Notes under the pieces: generated by a model
The model's input: only the letters and a program-made list of their open reading frames with translations
Database searches by the model: none
What the model was told of the DNA's origin: nothing
In this document: piece after piece, positions 27,034 to 34,892 of the stretch
How positions within the stretch are numbered: the stretch's first letter is position 1
Layout: each line of letters starts with the position of its first letter
DNA from: Candidatus Dojkabacteria bacterium
GTDB taxonomy: Bacteria > Patescibacteriota > Dojkabacteria > J137
Reading direction: 5' to 3'
Length of the DNA stretch: 39,240 nucleotides
Assembly (NCBI GenBank): GCA_041750555.1
Contig: JBGSZB010000010.1
Location: forward strand, 1 to 39,240
Made by a program: the position numbers and the translations under genes

Positions 27034-28091
27034 AAGTAGTTATTAACATTTTGGATATGCTCTTCGTACGTTTCAGCATAATACAGTTTACCACTTTCAT
27101 CATATATGAAATAGAAATAATTAGTTTTTTCAGGGCTTAGACTCGCTTTAATAGAAGATATCCCAGGATTATTTATTGGAGTTGGGGTTAATCCTGAATA
27201 CTTATACGTGTTATACAAAGAATCAATATCTGTATCAGCAAAAGATATAAATGAATCACCGTCATTTTTAATAAAATGAATAGTAATATCAGATTGCAGG
27301 GGATAATTAACTTCTAATCTGTTATGAAAAATTCCTGAAACTATTGGTCTATCAGGATCATTCCCTGCTTCTTTCTCAATAATTGACGCTAATATAATAA
27401 CTTCATAAATACTTTTTAAATTACTTTGATTATTCATTAATACTGATTCTGTAATATTGTTTTCAATTAACTTCTTATCTAAATTAATTAAAAGAGTTTC
27501 TATAACGTTTAATGCACTAAAATCAGCATCAAATCTGTAAGTGTCTGGGAATAGTAATCCTCTTAATGGTTTACCCTCTGGTTTATATTTCTCTAAAATA
27601 CTACTAACCTCACTACTAAAAGTATAATTATCTGGGTTAGCTGATATATTTAAAAATTCCTCTTTAGAAAAGATATACTCTTCTTCGTTTTCATCAAACT
27701 TTTTAAAAATTAATTCAGCAATATCTTCATACCTCATGCCTTCGGGAATAGTAACTAAGAGTGATGGTTTAAAGACACCTTTCTCAAGTATTGGAATTAA
27801 ATTAACAAAACTAATTCCTAATGGAATAGAGTATTCCCCAGCTTTAATATTTGCATTTACGTTATTTAAGGTTAAATAGACCCTAGCAAAAAATGTATTA
27901 TCAATTAATCCTTTTTCTGTAAGAGTGGGTAATATACCTGTTAAACTATCTCCATCAGAAATTGTAATACTAACTTCTTGATCTTCTAGGGATTCACCAT
28001 AAATACTATTGTTGTAGTATGAGTAAATTAAGAAACCACCAAGCCCAACTATAATTATTAAAAAGAATAAACATGTAAATAGTTTTTTCAC
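27030..28091 (-). CDS. mltG: Endolytic murein transglycosylase MltG (YceG family)
   Basis: N-terminal TM anchor and YceG blocks ILASIIEKEAG and GIFHNRLEVNYPLQSD. 353 aa. Confidence 0.9.
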   Translation of the reverse strand: MKKLFTCLFFLIIIVGLGGFLIYSYYNNSIYGESLEDQEVSITISDGDSLTGILPTLTEKGLIDNTFFARVYLTLNNVNANIKAGEYSIPLGISFVNLIPILEKGVFKPSLLVTIPEGMRYEDIAELIFKKFDENEEEYIFSKEEFLNISANPDNYTFSSEVSSILEKYKPEGKPLRGLLFPDTYRFDADFSALNVIETLLINLDKKLIENNITESVLMNNQSNLKSIYEVIILASIIEKEAGNDPDRPIVSGIFHNRLEVNYPLQSDITIHFIKNDGDSFISFADTDIDSLYNTYKYSGLTPTPINNPGISSIKASLSPEKTNYFYFIYDESGKLYYAETYEEHIQNVNNYL

Positions 28092-28474
28092 TTTGAATTA
28101 TTAAAATCTAAATATTCTTGCAAAACTATTCTAGCAGATTCACTATCAATACTTCCTTTTTTTCTCATACTTTTAGATGCAATTTTAGAGGTATATGATT
28201 CATCCCAATATTCTACTTCAACACCACTTTTAAAAAGAAGCTCTTTAGCAAATTCTCTAATTTCACTAGACATCTGTGTTTCTTTTCCATTGTTCCCTAG
28301 AGGTAAACCAATAATTATCCTAGCAATATCAAAATCCCTAATAGTTTTTAAAATATTTTCTATAGCCCCCTTGTTTTTTAATGGTGCTAACTGCATAGCA
28401 AATACCTTTGATTCATCAGAAACCGCTAACCCAACATTTTTTGTACCATAATCTATTGCTAAATATTTACCCAT
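28088..28474 (-). CDS. ruvX: Putative pre-16S rRNA nuclease / Holliday junction resolvase-like YqgF (RuvX)
   Basis: LAIDYGTKNVGLAVSD N-terminus and RNase H-like size (128 aa). Overlaps the mltG start by 4 nt. Confidence 0.88.
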   Translation of the reverse strand: MGKYLAIDYGTKNVGLAVSDESKVFAMQLAPLKNKGAIENILKTIRDFDIARIIIGLPLGNNGKETQMSSEIREFAKELLFKSGVEVEYWDESYTSKIASKSMRKKGSIDSESARIVLQEYLDFNNSK

Positions 28475-28555
28475 AATTAATTTTAATCCCTAAGTTAATA
28501 ACTCACAAGTTAAAGATTGTAAGGATTTTGAAAGCTTAGGGAAATATAATTCTGG

Positions 28556-29311
28556 ATGTTAAAGATTTTTAAAATATTTATAGATATATTATTTAATAGA
28601 AGGTGTTTAGTGTGTTTTAAATATGGAAGCTATATCTGCAATAATTGTTTTTTTAAATTTATAGGGAGAAATCAATATATTAAGTGTCATGTTTGTAACA
28701 CTGAAAGTAGAATTGGGTTAGTTCATCTTGAGTGTAGGGAATTAAGTCATTTAGATGGCTTAATTTCTTTATCAAGTTATACACCGCTATTAAGAGATTT
28801 AATATTTAAGGTTAAATATCAATTTATTTATCAAATATTTAATGATCTAGGAGATATATTTAGTGAGTATTTAAAAAGTTATTCAATATTTAAAGATAAT
28901 AAAGGAATTCAGAAAGCAAATAAAGTTAATATAGGTGAGAATAAATTAATAGTTACATCTGTACCGCTATCTAAAAGAAAACAAAACTTTAGAGGGTTTA
29001 ATCAATCTGAAGTTTTAGCTAAAAAAATATCTAGAAATCTTAATTTAAAATATTTAAAGTTACTTAATAGAGTTAAAGATACTAAAGCTCTACATTCTCA
29101 AGATAAGTTAAATAGGAAAGAGAGTATTTACAATGCTTTTGAAATAAATAAAAAGGTTAATAAATTAGATAATTTAAATCTAAGTAATAAAGATATAATT
29201 ATCATTATTGATGATATATATACTAGTGGTGCTACATTAAATGAGTGTGCTAAAGTTTTAAAGCAAAGGTATAACTGTAAAGTGTTTGGGGCTGTTTTAG
29301 CACGAGTTTAG
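28556..29311 (+). CDS. comF: ComF family protein (Zn-finger + phosphoribosyltransferase domain)
   Basis: N-terminal CxxC pairs (CLVC...CNNC, CHVC...C) and the C-terminal PRPP-binding loop IIIIDDIYTSGATLNE. Confidence 0.85.
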   Translation: MLKIFKIFIDILFNRRCLVCFKYGSYICNNCFFKFIGRNQYIKCHVCNTESRIGLVHLECRELSHLDGLISLSSYTPLLRDLIFKVKYQFIYQIFNDLGDIFSEYLKSYSIFKDNKGIQKANKVNIGENKLIVTSVPLSKRKQNFRGFNQSEVLAKKISRNLNLKYLKLLNRVKDTKALHSQDKLNRKESIYNAFEINKKVNKLDNLNLSNKDIIIIIDDIYTSGATLNECAKVLKQRYNCKVFGAVLARV

Positions 29312-29321
29312 AGGGTATTTA

Positions 29322-29330
29322 TGGTATAAT
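29322..29330 (+). promoter_or_regulatory. Candidate extended -10 promoter (TGgTATAAT) for ssrA
   Basis: TGGTATAAT at 29322-29330 lies about 60 nt upstream of the mature tmRNA 5' end. Sequence match only. Confidence 0.35.
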
Positions 29331-29389
29331 AAGCTGGTTCTTTAAAAAGAGAATAGACATCCAGTATTAGTATTTAATGAATATTAATA

Positions 29390-29837
29390 GGGGATGTTTA
29401 TTCGACAATGAGATTTAGTATTTTTAATCAAGCTAGAGCTAATGTTTCAGCTCTATAAAAATAAAGACATGCATAGAAATATGTAAAAGACTTAAACGTC
29501 GACTCAATTAAAAATGCATTTAACAATGCAGTAGAGAAGGTTTCTGCTTTCTTTGCTACACCAAATTATGCTTTCGTAGCATAAGTTACTTGCAGTAGTT
29601 TGAATACAAAAGTAGGACTACCGTTCATTACTTCTTTTCTCAGTGAGATTTAATGGGCGAAACAAAGCTGGGATGCAGTATATACTGGTTGCAAAGGTAT
29701 ATATAAAGTAAATATTTGTAAAAACTTATATATATTTTTTCTGAATTCAATTTATATAAGTAAAACAATTCAGATAAGCTTGTAAAGGTTTTAAATGTTA
29801 GTCTTGTTGCACAGGGAGCAATCCCTCATCTCCACCA
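29390..29837 (+). ncRNA. ssrA: tmRNA (ssrA), tag reading frame ending ...ATPNYAFVA-TAA
   Basis: 5' GGGGATG...TTCGAC pairs with 3' CATCTCC-A-CCA, giving a 7-bp acceptor stem with a G3-U70 Ala identity pair and an encoded CCA. The internal ORF gca ttt aac aat gca gta gag aag gtt tct gct ttc ttt gct aca cca aat tat gct ttc gta gca TAA runs 29516-29584. A strong terminator follows. Confidence 0.85.
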
Positions 29838-29840
29838 AAA

Positions 29841-29870
29841 GCCCCGCATGTTTGCGGGGCTGTTGTTTTA
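29841..29870 (+). terminator. Intrinsic terminator after ssrA
   Basis: GCCCCGCA-TGTT-TGCGGGGC followed by TGTTGTTTTA. Confidence 0.8.
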
Positions 29871-29912
29871 AATATACATTTGTTATCATATTTTTGCTTA
29901 ATCAAATTTTTT

Positions 29913-30755
29913 ATGGATATTTTTACTGTTCTTTTTTATCAGCCTATTTTTAACTTACTAATAGTTCTTTATAGACTATTTAGTGAAAACTTAGGGGTAG
30001 CAATAATTTTAGTAGCCCTACTTTCAAAATTAATTACATATCCAATAACTGTAAGACAAATTAAAATGGCATCTAGTAGTAAAGAGATGCAAGAGAAGAT
30101 TAGTGAGGTTAAAAAGAAATTTAAAGACGATAAAGAGAAACAAAATCAAGAGTTAATGAAGATTCAATCACAATATCTTCCAACTCAATTAGCAGGATGT
30201 TTACCTGCAATATTGCAACTTATCCTGTTTATAAATATATATAATGTAATTAACAATATAATAAGTAAGGGTGCAGAGAGTTTTAACACTGTAGCTTATC
30301 CATTTGTAGAGAAGTTTGTTGAAGGGGCTACCATGAATACATCATTCTTTAATATTGTTGATTTAAAAACAGCAGCAAGTAGTATTGGTTTTGAAAGTTT
30401 AAATGTTATTCCATATATAGTAATAATTGTTCTTGTTGCAATAACTCAATTCTATTCAATGAAATTAATGACTCCTGCAAATAAAAAGAATGCGAAAGTA
30501 ATAGAGGGAGAAGTTGTGGGTGAGAAAAAGCAGAAAAAGGATAAGGAGAATTTAAAAAAGGGAGAAGATTTTTCAGAGGTTTTGGCCCAATCAACTCAAC
30601 AAACTATGTTACTTTTTCCATTTATGATAAGTATAATTTCTTATTCATTACCAATCGGGCTAGGAATTTATTGGATTGCACAGAGTATTTTTGCTATAAT
30701 CCAAACACTCATTGTTAAAAAGAGAAGTAATTTAGAAATTAAAAGTGAAAAATAA
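29913..30755 (+). CDS. yidC: Membrane protein insertase YidC/Oxa1 (short form)
   Basis: PIFNLLIVLY N-terminal block, QLAGCLPAILQLILF, a charged cytoplasmic loop, and GLGIYWIAQSIFAIIQTLIV. I place the start at the ATG at 29913 (MDIFTV...). The track's TTG at 29880 sits only about 10 nt past the ssrA terminator. Confidence 0.88.
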   Translation: MDIFTVLFYQPIFNLLIVLYRLFSENLGVAIILVALLSKLITYPITVRQIKMASSSKEMQEKISEVKKKFKDDKEKQNQELMKIQSQYLPTQLAGCLPAILQLILFINIYNVINNIISKGAESFNTVAYPFVEKFVEGATMNTSFFNIVDLKTAASSIGFESLNVIPYIVIIVLVAITQFYSMKLMTPANKKNAKVIEGEVVGEKKQKKDKENLKKGEDFSEVLAQSTQQTMLLFPFMISIISYSLPIGLGIYWIAQSIFAIIQTLIVKKRSNLEIKSEK

Positions 30756-30760
30756 TTAAT

Positions 30761-31405
30761 ATGAAACTACAAGCTAAAAAAAGAGAATTAACAGGTAAGA
30801 AAACTAAAAGATTAAGATTAGAAGAGCTAGTACCAGGTTCTGTATATGGACCTAAAAGAGCTAGTGAAAACTTAGTTGTAGATAAAAAAGAGTTAAAACA
30901 AGTTTTTAGTAAAGTAGGTGGTAATAAATTTTTTGACTTAGAGTTAGAAGATCAAAAACCAGTTAAAGTGTTAATTAAAGATATTCAAATTCATCCTGTA
31001 AGTGATAAATACTTAAGTGTAAGTTTTTATCAAGTTGCAGAAGATAGAAAAATGAATGTAGAAGTTCCAGTTAATATTATTGGTGAATCTCCTGCTGTTA
31101 AACAAAACTTAGGATTCTTAATTGTTCAATCTGATCAATTAGGAGTACACTGTTTACCTAAAGATTTACCTAATGAAATTACTATTGATATTTCAAAACT
31201 AGAGAATCCAGGAGACGCTATTACTGTAGAACAAATTCAATTACCAGAGGATGTTGAATGGGATAGTTCTATAGATTTATCATCTGCAGTTGTATATATT
31301 GCTCAACCTCAAAAAGAAGAAGTTGAAGAAGCACCAGTTGAAGAAGTGGTTGAAGGAGAAGCTTCTGAATCAACTGAAGAAACTAAAGAAGAGGATAAGG
31401 AATAA
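30761..31405 (+). CDS. rplY: 50S ribosomal protein L25 / general stress protein Ctc form
   Basis: N-terminal L25 block KRELTGKKTKRLRLEELVPGSVYG, a second beta domain and an acidic tail. 214 aa. Confidence 0.88.
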   Translation: MKLQAKKRELTGKKTKRLRLEELVPGSVYGPKRASENLVVDKKELKQVFSKVGGNKFFDLELEDQKPVKVLIKDIQIHPVSDKYLSVSFYQVAEDRKMNVEVPVNIIGESPAVKQNLGFLIVQSDQLGVHCLPKDLPNEITIDISKLENPGDAITVEQIQLPEDVEWDSSIDLSSAVVYIAQPQKEEVEEAPVEEVVEGEASESTEETKEEDKE

Positions 31406-31464
31406 TATATTCTTCAAATAATTACGTATAAGATGTAAACTGTCTATGTTTATATCTAATTTTA

Positions 31465-32595
31465 ATGAATTCTACTAATACTGATGTAAATCTTAATATG
31501 GATTTAGAGTATGAGATAACTTTACTTAAAAAGAAAGTAGAGAGTTCTCTAATGCCTAAAGAACTAAAGGAGAAAGCATTTGGAATGATTTTAAGATTAG
31601 TTAAAATGTCTCAAAGAGGTAATTTCTCTACTGAATTTGAACCTGTATCAGAATATATTAGTTGGATAACAAAGCTTCCATTTAATATGTATACACAGGA
31701 AAATATAGATATAGCTCATGTAAAAGATACTTTGTTTAAAAACCATTATGGATTAGATGATGTTAAAAACAGAATAATGGAATATTTAGCTGTTGCTAAA
31801 TTACAAGGTAGAGGAGTAACTGATAATACAAATCAAGACGCTTCTAAGTTAGAAGGTAGTTCTTCTCATGCTCCAATTATGTGTTTCGTAGGTATTCAAG
31901 GTGTTGGTAAAACATCTATGGCTAAATCTATTGCTCAAGCTGTTAATCGAAAGTTTGTAAGGATATCGCTTGGAGCTTTGGGTACAGTTACTGAAATTAG
32001 AGGTATTCCTAAAGGTAATTTAGGAGCAGAACCAGGTCAAGTTATTAAATCTTTAATTAGAACAGGGAGTATGAATCCTTTAATTCTTTTAGATGAGATT
32101 GATAAAGTTAGTTCTCAAACTGGTTTAAGAGCAGATATTATGGCATCTCTCTTAGAAATATTAGACCCAGAACAAAATTCAACATTCATTGATAAATATT
32201 TAGATTATCCAGTAGATTTATCTAAAGTTATGTTTATTACTACAGCAAATAACTTAGGAGGTATTTCAGCTGCATTACTTGATAGGTTAGAAATTATTAG
32301 ATTTGGAAGTTATACAGATAATGAAAAGATAGTTATTGCTAAAAGCTATTTATTACCTAAAGTTAGAGAAGCTACAGGTATTAATGAAGATCAATTATCT
32401 TTTGAAGATGATGTATGGCCTCTAGTTATTAGACCATTAGGTTTTGATGCAGGTGTTAGACAATTAGAAAGAACCCTAACTCAATTATCTAGAAAAGTTG
32501 CCCTTCAAATTGTTCAAGGTATTACAACTAAAGTACATGTAACTAAAGAAAATTTTAGACAATTCTTTCCTGAGGATATTGGGATATATAGTTAG
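31465..32595 (+). CDS. Lon-like AAA+ ATPase module without LAN or protease domains
   Basis: Collinear with E. coli Lon from about residue 230 to 600. Matching blocks are MPKELKEKA, HYGLDDVKNRIMEYLAV, Walker A GIQGVGKTS, FVRISLG, Walker B LILLDEIDK, LLEILDPEQN, LLDRLEIIRF and DAGVRQLER. The ORF ends right after the AAA+ alpha-subdomain and has no Ser-Lys protease domain. Confidence 0.8.
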   Translation: MNSTNTDVNLNMDLEYEITLLKKKVESSLMPKELKEKAFGMILRLVKMSQRGNFSTEFEPVSEYISWITKLPFNMYTQENIDIAHVKDTLFKNHYGLDDVKNRIMEYLAVAKLQGRGVTDNTNQDASKLEGSSSHAPIMCFVGIQGVGKTSMAKSIAQAVNRKFVRISLGALGTVTEIRGIPKGNLGAEPGQVIKSLIRTGSMNPLILLDEIDKVSSQTGLRADIMASLLEILDPEQNSTFIDKYLDYPVDLSKVMFITTANNLGGISAALLDRLEIIRFGSYTDNEKIVIAKSYLLPKVREATGINEDQLSFEDDVWPLVIRPLGFDAGVRQLERTLTQLSRKVALQIVQGITTKVHVTKENFRQFFPEDIGIYS

Positions 32596-32960
32596 GATTC
32601 TATGGCAAGAGCTTGGTTAAATCTATCTAGGGCTTCTCTTTGGTAAAAATCCAGTTCCACAACTATGCCACTATGATTTTGAATATCGGTAAGATATGTA
32701 TCTCTAACCCTATTAATAATGGCTTTGAATTGAGCCTCATCTATTGAATCTGATTCTGCCACTTGTAGATTAGCTATTTCATCTTTTATCTTCTGTATTG
32801 TTGAATTAAAGACATTCTTATCCATTCCCCTAAAAGTAGCTATTTCCATAATTAGACACCTAAGTTGAAAAATATAATCACTAGTTTTTGGAGAACTCTC
32901 TTTAGAAGCTATGTCTTCGGCTCTTAAAGGACTAGATAAACTACTCCAAGTATTACTCAT
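32592..32960 (-). CDS. Hypothetical protein (122 aa)
   Basis: ORF 16 nt downstream of 32977..33525 on the same strand. Its stop overlaps the stop of the Lon-like gene by 4 nt. No motif recognised. Confidence 0.45.
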   Translation of the reverse strand: MSNTWSSLSSPLRAEDIASKESSPKTSDYIFQLRCLIMEIATFRGMDKNVFNSTIQKIKDEIANLQVAESDSIDEAQFKAIINRVRDTYLTDIQNHSGIVVELDFYQREALDRFNQALAIES

Positions 32961-32976
32961 ATTTTTAATATAATAA

Positions 32977-33525
32977 TTAATTTAAACTATCCCTGTACTC
33001 TCTATCTTTTTTCATTACAGACTCTAATGCTTCTCTAACAATTTGAGCTTTATGTAGCCTTTTTGTTTCACTTGCCCATGTTAAATATCTATCTATTTCT
33101 GATGGAATAATTAATATGAACTTAGAATCTAACTTACTAGAAACATCCTTTAATGCTTTAACTAAAACATCATTAACATTATCTCTATTGTATTCTTTAC
33201 TAATTAAGTACTTTTCATCTTTAATACTTTTATCTATATCTTTTAAATCTTTATCAAATTTAATTTTAGAGGCTTTATCATTAAAACTTAAAGATAAAAC
33301 AATCCTTTTTAAAGATATTGCTTTAGAAACAATAAAGCCTGAATTAAAATCACTCAAGAGAGAGTCATAAATTACTACATCACAATTACTTAACTCTTTT
33401 GAGTAATCTTTTTTTGAATCATAGAAGGTAACGCTATGACCTAGCGTTTCAAGGTGTGAAATACCAGAACTAAAGGCGTTAGTACTATTAGAATTGGTTT
33501 TTTGTGGTATAACAAAGATTCTCAT
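32977..33525 (-). CDS. Hypothetical two-domain protein: Rossmann/flavodoxin-like N-domain + C-terminal ribbon-helix-helix (CopG-like) domain
   Basis: The C-terminus KFILIIPSEIDRYLTWASETKRLHKAQIVREALESVMKK fits the RHH pattern of a beta strand, helix and helix. The N-terminus has alternating beta/alpha signatures (MRIFVI, CDVVIYDS, KRIVLSL). The domain calls are by eye. Confidence 0.5.
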   Translation of the reverse strand: MRIFVIPQKTNSNSTNAFSSGISHLETLGHSVTFYDSKKDYSKELSNCDVVIYDSLLSDFNSGFIVSKAISLKRIVLSLSFNDKASKIKFDKDLKDIDKSIKDEKYLISKEYNRDNVNDVLVKALKDVSSKLDSKFILIIPSEIDRYLTWASETKRLHKAQIVREALESVMKKDREYRDSLN

Positions 33526-33667
33526 ATGTTTTTTGAGTTACCAAAGAGTATATCATTGCGATATTGTCATTTTCAAATTAATATATTAATACTTAGAAGT
33601 TTAACCTTAGTTTGAGAATCTTTTAAAATTTAGGTATATTAAGAAGTCTAAAGAAATTCAATTATTT

Positions 33668-34888
33668 ATGATGTTTAATAGAAAAAATGTAAAAGTAGTA
33701 GCGCCGGTAGAAAGAAGTTATCTAGCACTAGATATTGGAACAGTATGGATAAAAACAGTTCTTTTTATTATTAATTCAGATAATAGAGTAGAGGTAATTG
33801 GATACAATAAAAAGAAACAAAAAGATGGATCTATGTATGCTGCATTTATTATTAATTTAAAAGAGGTTACAGATACATTAGATAAATCAATTGGAGAAGC
33901 AGTTTCACAAGCTAAAGAAATTTATGGAGATAACTTTGAAATGCCTAAAAAAGCTTTTATAGGAATAGCAGGAGAATTAGTTCAAGGAGTAACTGTTATG
34001 GTTAATGCTGAGCGAAATAATGAGAAAGAAGCTATAAACGAGAAAGAGATGGAGAAATTAATAGCAAGAGTTAAAAAGCATACTTTTGAAGGAACTAAAG
34101 AAGATATAGCAGAAGAGATAGGAATTAAAACAAATCAGGTTGCTGAGATAGAAACATATATTAACAGCGTATATATTGATGGTGTAAGAGTTGTGAATCC
34201 ATTAGGATACAAAGGTAAGGAGTTAGTTTATAGAGTATTTTCAACATTTGCCCCAAAGATATATTTAGAATCCCTAGCTCAAATAGTATGTGAATTAGGA
34301 ATAGAAGAATATAAAGTGGTTGTTGAACCTTATGCAATATCATTAAGTTTAAAAGGATTAAGAACAAATAATTCAAGTGCAATAATTATAGATATAGGTG
34401 GTGGAACTACAGATGTAGCAATGGTTAAAAATGGAGATATTATTGGAACAAAGATGTTTGCTATTGGAGGAAATGTGTTTACTAAAAGAATAGCTCAGAA
34501 TTTTAATTTAACGATAGATGAAGCTGAAGAAAAGAAGTTAGATTACTCAAATGGTAAATTAGGTAAAAACGATTCAATGGAATTATCAAAACTATTTAGT
34601 CATGATGTAAAGGTTTGGTTAACAGGAGTTGAATTGGCGTTAGAAGAATTTGAAGATGCAGGAGAATTCCCTACAAGTATACATTTATGTGGAGGAGGAG
34701 CTCTTTTACCAGAAATTCAAGAGGGTTTAATAACTCATCCATGGTTACAGTTATTTAATTTTAAAAAGTTTCCGAAAGTTAACTTTATTTTTCCAACGAA
34801 TCTAGTTGATATTGTTGATAAAACAAAAAGTGCGACTATGCCTACAGATGTAGCAGCTTTATCTTTAGCACATATGGTATTAGAATAA
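33668..34888 (+). CDS. FtsA/PilM-family actin-fold ATPase paralogue (no C-terminal membrane-targeting helix)
   Basis: LALDIGTVWIK (phosphate 1), IIIDIGGGTTDVAMV (phosphate 2) and HLCGGGALLPEI (adenosine). There is an inserted domain after phosphate 1. It ends ...ALSLAHMVLE. Confidence 0.8.
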   Translation: MMFNRKNVKVVAPVERSYLALDIGTVWIKTVLFIINSDNRVEVIGYNKKKQKDGSMYAAFIINLKEVTDTLDKSIGEAVSQAKEIYGDNFEMPKKAFIGIAGELVQGVTVMVNAERNNEKEAINEKEMEKLIARVKKHTFEGTKEDIAEEIGIKTNQVAEIETYINSVYIDGVRVVNPLGYKGKELVYRVFSTFAPKIYLESLAQIVCELGIEEYKVVVEPYAISLSLKGLRTNNSSAIIIDIGGGTTDVAMVKNGDIIGTKMFAIGGNVFTKRIAQNFNLTIDEAEEKKLDYSNGKLGKNDSMELSKLFSHDVKVWLTGVELALEEFEDAGEFPTSIHLCGGGALLPEIQEGLITHPWLQLFNFKKFPKVNFIFPTNLVDIVDKTKSATMPTDVAALSLAHMVLE

Positions 34889-34892
34889 ATTT

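Noticed and set aside
29880-29912. TTG start at 29880 for yidC, as given in the ORF track.
   Set aside because: It begins only about 10 nt after the ssrA terminator T-tract and adds an odd MLSYFCLIKFF extension. The ATG at 29913 gives the typical YidC N-terminus. The choice remains uncertain.
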